From NCBI GenBank assembly GCA_028691615.1, contig JAQUYX010000001.1, forward strand, positions 491 to 64,490: a stretch of DNA of 64,000 nucleotides. Reading direction: 5' to 3'. The DNA comes from Victivallaceae bacterium (GTDB lineage: Bacteria; Verrucomicrobiota; Lentisphaeria; Victivallales; Victivallaceae). The position numbers were made by a program, and so were the translations under genes. A model generated the notes under the pieces. That model was not told the origin of the DNA. It searched no databases and was given only the letters and a program-made list of their open reading frames with translations. Positions 56,350-64,000 of this stretch are shown in pieces (the stretch's first letter is position 1; each line of letters opens with the position of its first letter).

Positions 56350-56423
56350 TGGCAGCCCCGTAAGGATTCGAACCTCAACAAAATGAACCAGAATCACTTG
56401 TGCTACCATTACACCACGGGGCT
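56350..56423 (-). tRNA. tRNA-Gln (CTG)
   Basis: 74 nt; acceptor AGCCCCG/CGGGGCT, anticodon loop TTCTGGT, encoded CCA. Folded by hand. Confidence 0.95.
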
Positions 56424-56526
56424 GCAATGCCACATAATATAGAACGCGTTTCTAAAAATGCAAGGTGGATTCGCTGCTTTTTTTCTAAAAAACAAGGCTG
56501 TGTTTTGATTTTTTCCCTCGATGCGT

Positions 56527-56555
56527 TTGCTTTTTCTGCAAAATGCTTCTATATT
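56527..56555 (+). promoter_or_regulatory. Sigma-70-type promoter TTGCTT-N17-TATATT upstream of frr
   Basis: Read directly. It would place repeat fragment F inside the frr 5' leader. Confidence 0.4.
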
Positions 56556-56562
56556 GTTCTAT

Positions 56563-56627
56563 CCGACCTGAAAATCGGAGGGAAACGGACAACGGAAGAC
56601 TTGAAGCGAGTTTTGCCGAGTGCCGTC
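56563..56627 (+). repeat. 3'-half fragment (F) of the 165-nt repeat family
   Basis: ...CGGAAGACttGAaGCGAGTTTTGCCGAGTGCCGTC is almost identical to the 3' end of copy A. Confidence 0.6.
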
Positions 56628-56742
56628 GCAAAAAACTTGGATCAAGCCGCTCGGAAGGGAATGACCGCAATTCAAGTTTTTTTCAAACACCGAATCATGC
56701 AATACAAATTTTAACAGTGTCGTCCAAACAAGGAGGTTCGCT

Positions 56743-57309
56743 ATGGCTGTTGAAGTGGCAAATCTGCTCGATTATCTCGAAGAAAACATGATGAAGGCCG
56801 CCGAGTCCATGGAGCAGGACTTCGTGGCACTCCGCACGGGCAAAGCGTCTCCGGCGCTGGTGGAAAATATTACCGTGGAATACTACGGAACCCAGACCCG
56901 GCTGCGCGATATCGCGGGCATCAACGCCCCCGAGCCGCGCCTGCTGGTCATTCAGCCGTGGGACGCCTCCGCACTCAAGAGCATTGAGAAGGCAATCCTC
57001 ACCTCCAACGTCGGCATCACCCCGGTCAACGACGGAAGAACCCTCAAGCTGCCGATCCCGGAACTCAGTCAGGAGCGCCGCGCCACCTTGGCAAAACAGG
57101 CCAAGACCCGCAGCGAAGAGATGAAAGTAACCATCCGCAACTGGCGGCGCGACGGCAACGAAATCGCCAAAAAAGGCGAGAAAGCCGGAGAACTGACCGA
57201 GGACGAGCTGAAAAACATGCTCGACAAGATTCAAAAACTCACCGACGAATATATCGCATCCGCAGACAAACTTCTCGCCGCAAAGGAGAAGGAGCTGATG
57301 ACCGTCTGA
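56743..57309 (+). CDS. frr: Ribosome recycling factor
   Basis: 188 aa; canonical RRF sequence throughout. RBS aaggagg. Confidence 0.95.
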   Translation: MAVEVANLLDYLEENMMKAAESMEQDFVALRTGKASPALVENITVEYYGTQTRLRDIAGINAPEPRLLVIQPWDASALKSIEKAILTSNVGITPVNDGRTLKLPIPELSQERRATLAKQAKTRSEEMKVTIRNWRRDGNEIAKKGEKAGELTEDELKNMLDKIQKLTDEYIASADKLLAAKEKELMTV

Positions 57310-57634
57310 TCCGGCCGGAGAATGGAGGAATTCTGTCACAACGTCCGACGGTCTTGAAAAACAGCCGTCGGACAAGTCGGGCCGGTCGGACCGGTTCGAC
57401 TTCCGTGCCGTTTTCAAGAGTTGCGGCAGTGCTGTCAAATATAAGGGAACGTCTGTTCCTTGGGTTGCGTAGAAAATCAATGAATTGTGCTGCAGAATCA
57501 TGTTTTGGTAAGGGACTGGCTGGCAACGCCAACCAGTCCCTTGGCAAGGCGTGATTATGGAGTGCAAGACATGATTTTATGGCAAAATTCCAAGGAATAG
57601 AGGGTCCCATAAGGTCTGAAGAGGTTTTTTTATC

Positions 57635-60600
57635 ATGACATCCCGACTTTTTTTTCTGCTGCTGCTTGCAATCCTTCCGGCGCTCAACGCGCTGGAAATC
57701 AGAAAAAATCTCAATCAAACCGTCTTCCCTTATGATCCGCGCAATGTCACAATCAAAAGCGACCGCAAGCTGGTCGAAAACCGGACGCTCGAATACCACA
57801 GCAACCGCAGCGGACGGCTGCTCAAGCTGGTTCCCGGCGTCAGCAATTTCACCCAGACTTTGACCGCCGCCGCCGATGTGCCGATCCCTCCGGGCACGCT
57901 GCGCCTCAAATTCGACGTCAAGGTCGAAGGCGTCGGACCGGCCGATCTCTCGGCAATCTTCTCCGGAACCAACGAAAAGCAGGAGATCATCGTCCCGGTG
58001 ATCCGGTTGACCGCGTCCCCCTGGCGAACCTATTACTGCGAAGTGCCTGCGAACGCCCGGAAATTCCGGGGCATTGGCCTCAAACTTCCCGGCAGAACCA
58101 ACGCGGAATACAGTTTCGGGCTGGTCGAATTCGACTCCGCCGTCCGCGACGGCAAAAATTTCTGGACGCTGCGCGATCTGGACGAGTCCGCGGATCACCT
58201 TCAACAGTTCAGCGGACACAGAGTGGATGTTCAAGGTTCCGACAAGGACAACGCATTGCCGCTGCGTTACTTCTTCGACCGCCCGAACGTGGCGAAAATC
58301 GTCGGAATCCTTTACGACGGGAAGCGCAAAACGCTGGCCAATTTCACGTTGGACGCGCGCGAAATCGGCGATATCCGCCAATATGACCTGTTGCTGCCGC
58401 AACTGCCCGCGGGACATTATTGGATCGAACTGAATCGTTTTGACGGCAATCGGCATTTCGTCGACAACCGCCTGCACTCCTACTGGATCGCATTCTCGCC
58501 GGTTCCCAAAGCGCCGCTGCCGCTGCTGACGACATTTTCCCGGATCGCGCCGCACTCGGCACGACCGTCAACCACGGTTTCCGAAGGCAGCAAATATTTC
58601 ATTGTATCGGCCGACAAGCTGGCCGAGGGAGAGCGTCTGGAAGGGTTTTGGCGCTCCCCGGAAGGCAAAATTTTCCCCGCCGAAATCACGCAATACAATC
58701 TGGTGAAAAACCCGCCCGTTGTCATCCGCCCCGCCGTGTGGAAACTGACCTTGCGTTTGCTGCGCGGAACAGAAATTCTCGACGGACGCACCCTCGAAAT
58801 CTATTTTTCCGGCATAACCAACCGGATCGAAGACAAAAAAGAAAATGCACCGCCGCGACCCGTCGGCGCCTTCCCGCTCGTGTTCCACGAAAAAATCAGT
58901 GTACAGCAGCCGGGGCAGAAGACCGCCGCCGGGAAATGGATCGCCGGTTCCGGCAACGCAGTCTGGAGCAGCGCCTTCCGCTGGGGAGAGCTGGAACCGC
59001 TCGAAGGAAGAATTCAATATCCGCTGATCGACTCCCGGCTTGCAGAGGCGCGGGAAACGGGAACCCCGTTCGAATTGAGCTGGTATTTCAACGGCGATCA
59101 GCTCCCGAAATTTCTCTGGTATGACGCGCTGCTCGACAATCAACAGAAGTTCACCACACGCCGCTTCAGCCCCGGCAGCGAGAGAATCAGCTCCGCCGTC
59201 GCCCGGACCGTGCGCGCCCTCGTGCTGAAATACCGTTCCAATCCCAGCATCCGCAGCTGGAATTTCTCCAGCGGCGTCCGCGACGCTTGGAACGATGACG
59301 CCCCGCGCGGACGCATTGGCGGATTCGATCCATCCAGCATCGCCGCATTTCGGAGCTATCTGGAAAAGAATCCGGACGCCGCAAAAGAGTACGCCGCACC
59401 GTCAGCCACAGCGATGCCGCCAGTCATTGATTTCCAATCCGGGAACGCGCCGGGCAAGGAAATTCTCATTTGGAGCCGATTCCGAAAGCAGCTGCTTTTG
59501 GGGTATTACGAAACACTGTTCGAAGCGGTTCGCTCCACAGACAAATTCCGCCCGATCGTCCAACGGCTGGACAATGGCGGCGGAAGCCCGGCGGAACTCT
59601 TGGAACTTTTCCGCAAATACAATGTGACAGTGGAACTGACTGGCGGCGAAAACCAGTTATCCATCCCGATGCAGTCGCTGGCATGGCAGTACGCAGTGCC
59701 CGTGCGCCTGACCGCGACGCCGGGCATTCTGCCGCACAGAGCCTTGCTGGAACTGCTCTTCTTCAAACAGCTGGCCATCGGCGGAACACGCGGCGGAATC
59801 AGCATCGATCTCGGATTCGACCACCCGGTTCCGCCGGACGGCAAAGCCGAACATGGCAGAGATCTGGAAAGGCAAAAGCAGTTGGAGGTTTTCCGCCATG
59901 CCGCACAGTTGGCCGGACACCTCTCCTCGCTTGATCTGGGCGCGCCGGTGGCTTCGCCGGTGGCGGCCGGACTTGGTTCGCTCAGTCTGCGGCTGGCGGG
60001 ACGCTCGACCAATTGGGAAAATTTTGCCGAGCGCAACGTCAACGGGTTCCACGATTTGATCGCACTGGCCTCCGAACGGGGCAATGCACTGCCGTTCGTG
60101 ACCGAATCGGCGGCGCCGGAGATTCTCGACCGTTATCGGACAATCGTATTCCATCCGTCGCCGGATATCGCCAATGCCGATGCGCTGAAACTCGCAGGCT
60201 ATGTCAAGCGCGGCGGGAAACTGATTCTCTTCGGCGATTTCGCCATCCGCGACGAAAAAGGAATGCCGTCGAACACCTTCCACGCGCTGACCGCCGCTCC
60301 GCGCAAAGAAGGGGAAACCGCCTATGGCAAGGGCAAAATTGTCGTGCTTCCGGCGACCGCCGATTTCCGCCGGGAGGCGGGAAAGCAGCTGGAACTGGCG
60401 GGATTGCGTCCGCCCGCGGTCTCCGAAGATGAGCGCGTGCTCACCGGATTCCGGCGCAACCACGCGGGCAAAGGATATCTGATTTTGTACGGGAAAAACT
60501 GGGTGGGCGTCAATCCAACGCAGGAAGAGGTCGGCGCCGGGAAACTGCGCGCCCGAATCAAAGTGCAATCTCAATTCGCCCCGAAAACCCGCTGCAAGCT

Positions 60601-60760
60601 CCGCGACGTGACCGACCCGAAACGGACTCGGGAACTTCCGGACGCGACCGCCGAAGAGCTGGCCGCCGGAATCTTGCTGGACGTCGACTGCGGAGCGCTG
60701 CGAATTCTCGAGATCACGCCGGAAGAGCCGGCGCAAGTTTTGGCAGCGCCGTCAAAATAA
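57635..60760 (+). CDS. Large secreted putative glycoside hydrolase (GH42-like TIM barrel plus a trimerisation/GATase-like domain, with a long N-terminal extension)
   Basis: Signal peptide (LFFLLLLAILPALNA). Central WGELEPLEGRIQYPLIDSRL resembles the GH42/GH35-type barrel start. C-terminal IVFHPSPD...GGKLILFGDF resembles the GH42 middle domain. Confidence 0.45.
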   Translation: MTSRLFFLLLLAILPALNALEIRKNLNQTVFPYDPRNVTIKSDRKLVENRTLEYHSNRSGRLLKLVPGVSNFTQTLTAAADVPIPPGTLRLKFDVKVEGVGPADLSAIFSGTNEKQEIIVPVIRLTASPWRTYYCEVPANARKFRGIGLKLPGRTNAEYSFGLVEFDSAVRDGKNFWTLRDLDESADHLQQFSGHRVDVQGSDKDNALPLRYFFDRPNVAKIVGILYDGKRKTLANFTLDAREIGDIRQYDLLLPQLPAGHYWIELNRFDGNRHFVDNRLHSYWIAFSPVPKAPLPLLTTFSRIAPHSARPSTTVSEGSKYFIVSADKLAEGERLEGFWRSPEGKIFPAEITQYNLVKNPPVVIRPAVWKLTLRLLRGTEILDGRTLEIYFSGITNRIEDKKENAPPRPVGAFPLVFHEKISVQQPGQKTAAGKWIAGSGNAVWSSAFRWGELEPLEGRIQYPLIDSRLAEARETGTPFELSWYFNGDQLPKFLWYDALLDNQQKFTTRRFSPGSERISSAVARTVRALVLKYRSNPSIRSWNFSSGVRDAWNDDAPRGRIGGFDPSSIAAFRSYLEKNPDAAKEYAAPSATAMPPVIDFQSGNAPGKEILIWSRFRKQLLLGYYETLFEAVRSTDKFRPIVQRLDNGGGSPAELLELFRKYNVTVELTGGENQLSIPMQSLAWQYAVPVRLTATPGILPHRALLELLFFKQLAIGGTRGGISIDLGFDHPVPPDGKAEHGRDLERQKQLEVFRHAAQLAGHLSSLDLGAPVASPVAAGLGSLSLRLAGRSTNWENFAERNVNGFHDLIALASERGNALPFVTESAAPEILDRYRTIVFHPSPDIANADALKLAGYVKRGGKLILFGDFAIRDEKGMPSNTFHALTAAPRKEGETAYGKGKIVVLPATADFRREAGKQLELAGLRPPAVSEDERVLTGFRRNHAGKGYLILYGKNWVGVNPTQEEVGAGKLRARIKVQSQFAPKTRCKLRDVTDPKRTRELPDATAEELAAGILLDVDCGALRILEITPEEPAQVLAAPSK

Positions 60761-60860
60761 AAAAGATCCCGCGCTTGACAAATGATATTCCCGATGTATA
60801 TTACCGATATACTCCCTCTCGAAAACAGCTTTTCCAAGGATTGTTCTTTCCCTTCGGATT

Positions 60861-61427
60861 ATGATTTTCGGCATCACAGGATCATTCGGAAGCGGCAAAA
60901 GCGAATTGACGCGCTTCTTCCGGGAAAAAGGGTTTCCGGTATTCAGCAGCGACAGTTTCTGTTCGTGTCTGCTGGATTCCCGGGAAATTGCCGCAAAGGC
61001 GGCAGAACGCTGGGGTTCTGGGATCTTCGCTTCGGAAAATATTCTGGATCGAAAAAAGATTGCCGCAATTATTTTTTCCGATGAAAAAGAACGGAAATTC
61101 TGGGAGGAGCTTTTTCACCGGCCGTTGCGCGAAAAACTCGTTCAACTCGCCGGCGAGTATCGTGACTCAATTCTTTTCGCGGAGATTCCGCTCCTCTATG
61201 AAGCTGGTATGGAGAAGTACTGCGATCGTGTGATCGTCGTTTCGGTCTCCGACGATGTTCGGACCGCCCGACTCGCCGCAAGGGGATTCGCCCCCGCGGA
61301 AGTCGCCGCCCGTCTGCAAAGTCAGATGCCGGACGAAGAAAAATGCAAAAAAGCGGATTTCGTGATTTTCAACAATGGAACCATAGCCCTCCTGAAACAA
61401 CAGGCGGAGCTGATTTTGAAACAGTAA
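60861..61427 (+). CDS. coaE: Dephospho-CoA kinase
   Basis: [12 protein letters not shown]-loop; 188 aa. Confidence 0.9.
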   Translation: MIFGITGSFGSGKSELTRFFREKGFPVFSSDSFCSCLLDSREIAAKAAERWGSGIFASENILDRKKIAAIIFSDEKERKFWEELFHRPLREKLVQLAGEYRDSILFAEIPLLYEAGMEKYCDRVIVVSVSDDVRTARLAARGFAPAEVAARLQSQMPDEEKCKKADFVIFNNGTIALLKQQAELILKQ

Positions 61428-61432
61428 GCAGG

Positions 61433-63505
61433 ATGACACACATGGACGAAGAAAAAAATTTCGGAGCCCCCGCCAACGGCGAGGGCAATCCGCAGCAGCA
61501 GGACGGAAAACCACAGGAAAAAAGGCAGAGCTTCTTCTTCCGCCGCCCCCGTGGACGCAACCGCAACAGCGAACCAGAAGCCATTCCCGCCGATCTGCCG
61601 AAGTCCGATCCCAGAGATGATTTCTATCCCGGCAAACTGCCTTTGCCGCCGCAGGAGAATCCCCCTGCCGCACGCAACCCGCGTGACGAATCCGCCCCCC
61701 AGAGCTCAAGGGGAAACGACAACAACGCTTCCGCCACACAAAATCCCCCGCGCCGCCGGGGTCGTCCGCGCAAGGACAACAGCAATTCCCCCAACGGCAA
61801 CGTCGCCGCCACTCCCGGTACGGGCAATTCCTCCAACAACAACAATCCCCGCTTCTCCCGCGACCGCGCCGAAAACGACGACCGCCGGAAATTCAATTAC
61901 AACAACCGCCGCCGCGACCGTCGCGACGACCGGACCGAAGAGGAGCTGCCCCTTTATCCCGATTACGAGGCCGTGCGCAATGCCTCCGCGGAATCCGCAG
62001 CACAAGCCGGAGATCCCGCAGATTCCATCATGAAGGAGCTGGTTTCCGAAGAGATGCGCGACAGCAACCTCGCTCCCGCCTCGCAGGACATTCCTGTGAT
62101 GGTCGGCTCGGTAAACCTCGATGACGACGAGGAAGTCGCAGCTCCCGCACCCAAACCGCGCCGGATCGAAGGACTCCCCTCCGACGAGGATATCGACCGG
62201 GAACTCAAGCCGCGGCGTCGCGATGTCGCCCGCGACCCGATCGCCCCGAACCTCAATATCTCCGAACTTCAGGCGAAATCCATGCAGGAACTCTCCCAGA
62301 TCGCGGAGAGTTTCGGAATCGAAGGAATCGGCGCGCTGGAGAAATCCAAGCTGCTCTTTGAAATCCTCCGCGCCAACGCCGAACGCTTCGGTCAGATGTA
62401 CGGCAGCGGATATCTTGAAGTGATGCCGGACGGGTTCGGATTTCTGCGTTCCGCGGCATACAGCTATCTGCCTTCGCCCGAAGACGTTTATTTAAGCCCC
62501 TCGCAGATCAAGCGCTTCGCACTCAAAACCGGAGACTACGTCACCGGCCAGATCCGCAATCCCCGGGAGAAGGAACGCTTCTTCGCCATGCTCAAGGTGG
62601 AGACGATCAACAACGAATCCCCCGAACGCAAGAAAGAGATCATTCCCTTTCAGAATCTCACCCCGTATTTCCCGACCCAGCGCCTCGTGCTGGAGCGCGC
62701 GCCCAACGAAATGTCAAGCCGCGTGGTCGATCTGGTCACCCCCATCGGCAAGGGACAGCGCGGCCTCATCGTGGCTCCGCCGCGAACAGGCAAAACCGTG
62801 CTCCTTCAGGAGATGGCCAATCATATCCGCACCAACAATCCGGAAGTCAAGCTGATCATCCTCCTGATCGACGAACGTCCCGAGGAAGTCACCGACATGC
62901 AGCGTTCCGTCGACGCCGAAGTGGTCAGTTCCACCTTCGACGAGCCACCGGAGCGCCACGTCCAAGTGGCCGAGATGGTCATTGAGAAGGCCAAGCGTCT
63001 GGTCGAATACAAGCACGATGTGGTTATCCTGCTCGACAGTATCACACGGCTGGCGCGCGCCTACAACACCTTGCAGCCGCACTCCGGCAAAGTCCTCACC
63101 GGCGGTGTGGACGCCAACGCCCTTCACAAGCCCAAACGCTTCTTCGGCGCCGCGCGCAATATCGAAAATCACGGCAGTCTGACGATCATCGCCACCGCCC
63201 TGATCGATACCGGCAGCCGCATGGACGACGTGATCTTTGAAGAGTTCAAGGGAACCGGCAATATGGAACTGCATTTGGACCGCACCCTCGCGGACAAGCG
63301 GATCTATCCGGCCATCAATATCGAGCGCTCCGGCACCCGCAAGGAGGAGCTGCTGCTCCATCCCGAGGAACTGCAACGCGTCTGGACGCTGCGCAAAGCC
63401 ATGTCCGGGGTGCAGCCGACCGAAGCGATGGAACTGCTCATCGGGCGGTTGAAAAAGGTCAAGACCAACATTGAGTTCCTGCTCACGCTTCAGCAGAACG
63501 CATAG
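61433..63505 (+). CDS. rho: Transcription termination factor Rho with a ~270-aa low-complexity N-terminal extension
   Basis: Rho_N ([23 protein letters not shown]), CSD-like RNA-binding domain, Walker A (PPRTGKT), RecA-like ATPase. Start ATG 61433 or 61442. Confidence 0.9.
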   Translation: MTHMDEEKNFGAPANGEGNPQQQDGKPQEKRQSFFFRRPRGRNRNSEPEAIPADLPKSDPRDDFYPGKLPLPPQENPPAARNPRDESAPQSSRGNDNNASATQNPPRRRGRPRKDNSNSPNGNVAATPGTGNSSNNNNPRFSRDRAENDDRRKFNYNNRRRDRRDDRTEEELPLYPDYEAVRNASAESAAQAGDPADSIMKELVSEEMRDSNLAPASQDIPVMVGSVNLDDDEEVAAPAPKPRRIEGLPSDEDIDRELKPRRRDVARDPIAPNLNISELQAKSMQELSQIAESFGIEGIGALEKSKLLFEILRANAERFGQMYGSGYLEVMPDGFGFLRSAAYSYLPSPEDVYLSPSQIKRFALKTGDYVTGQIRNPREKERFFAMLKVETINNESPERKKEIIPFQNLTPYFPTQRLVLERAPNEMSSRVVDLVTPIGKGQRGLIVAPPRTGKTVLLQEMANHIRTNNPEVKLIILLIDERPEEVTDMQRSVDAEVVSSTFDEPPERHVQVAEMVIEKAKRLVEYKHDVVILLDSITRLARAYNTLQPHSGKVLTGGVDANALHKPKRFFGAARNIENHGSLTIIATALIDTGSRMDDVIFEEFKGTGNMELHLDRTLADKRIYPAINIERSGTRKEELLLHPEELQRVWTLRKAMSGVQPTEAMELLIGRLKKVKTNIEFLLTLQQNA

Positions 63506-63548
63506 GAAATTTTCCCAAACTCCGGCTTGCTTGTGCGGAGTAAAAAAA

Positions 63549-63601
63549 ATGCCGTCCAGAGAATCCCCGCAATGAGGGTCTTTGGACGGCATCTTTTTTT
63601 T
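63549..63601. terminator. Bidirectional rho-independent terminator between rho and the convergent pseudopilin-like gene
   Basis: A8-ATGCCGTCCA...TGGACGGCAT-T8. Confidence 0.75.
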
Positions 63602-63622
63602 GCGATCATGCCGGATCAGGAA

Positions 63623-64000
63623 TCAATCGACCATCGCCTTGCCGTCGTTGATTTTGGTGAATCCGAGCGCCTTGAGTTCGCCTTTGTCCAGCGCAGCGCT
63701 GTGACCATCAAGATGCGCGATGCTGGAGCGTCCGGCATGGGCCAGCGAGACACAGCTTGACGTGTCGTTGACCACCGTCGGATGAAAAACACAATGCCCC
63801 AGCCGGACTTTGGCGCCGGAGTAATGACGGGTGTCGGCCAGAAACACCACGCTGCCCGGCGTCTTGCAGCGGTTGAGCTTATAATAGATCTCCGGAGCAG
63901 TCCCGTAGGTATAACCGAAGCTCCCCGTCACCGGCTTGCGCTCATTATAATAAGCGTTGGTCCCGTCGCTCCGATAGTTGTACGCACCGTAGGTGCAATA
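63623..64000 (-). CDS. H-X9-DG family (DUF1559-like) prepilin-type protein, C-terminal part; the ORF runs off the window
   Basis: C-terminal HAGRSSIAHLDGH matches the H-X9-DG signature. The reading frame stays open to position 64000. Confidence 0.7.
   Translation of the reverse strand, partial: YCTYGAYNYRSDGTNAYYNERKPVTGSFGYTYGTAPEIYYKLNRCKTPGSVVFLADTRHYSGAKVRLGHCVFHPTVVNDTSSCVSLAHAGRSSIAHLDGHSAALDKGELKALGFTKINDGKAMVD

Noticed and set aside
63549-63601. The rho terminator stem ATGCCGTCCAGAGA resembles the 3' end plus flank of repeat copy A (GTGCCGTCCAGAGA)
   Set aside because: Only a ~13-nt match, and the rest of the hairpin is unrelated. It is a self-contained terminator with flanking A8/T8 runs. 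Too short to claim as a family member.

Overview
High-GC (roughly 60% by eye) chromosomal segment. It is most likely from an anaerobic PVC-group bacterium (Lentisphaerota, Kiritimatiellota or Verrucomicrobiota-like). The hints are an H-X9-DG pseudopilin-like protein at the right edge, a desulfoferrodoxin, many glycoside hydrolases and three GT-C membrane glycosyltransferases. I call about 55 CDS and 4 tRNAs (2 identical tRNA-Asp, tRNA-Leu-TAG, tRNA-Gln-CTG). Content is mostly housekeeping. Protein quality control: mcsA-mcsB and an hsp20-hsp20-clpB-htpG block. RNA, translation and repair: recR, truA, hemW, tilS, rdgB, hflX, frr, coaE, rho and a fusA2-type EF-G paralog. Metabolism and envelope: leuA, gmhB, kdsD, apgM, glycerate kinase and kduD. 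Carbohydrate uptake and degradation: GH36, a BNR sialidase-like protein, a GH42-like protein and an MFS sugar porter. No CRISPR array, transposase, integrase or recognisable defence system is visible. The most unusual signal is non-coding: a ~165-nt imperfect-palindrome (rod-like) repeat family that I cannot assign to any known element. It has 10 copies or fragments in 64 kb, all in or at the edges of intergenic regions and all in the same orientation. It includes a 3x tandem array (171-nt period) fused to the 5' end of a ~1360-1529 aa coiled-coil/TPR protein gene. Different copies show compensatory base changes in three stems. Other points worth a second look: (1) the giant exported coiled-coil protein is translationally coupled to a TMTC-like GT-C+TPR membrane protein; (2) a sigma-54-type -24/-12 element lies in front of the heat-shock block; (3) Rho carries a ~270-aa N/R/D-rich N-terminal extension with an AT-hook-like motif; (4) the EF-G paralog has Tyr in place of the catalytic His. 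All calls rest on reading the supplied ORF translations and the DNA by eye. No database search was run.
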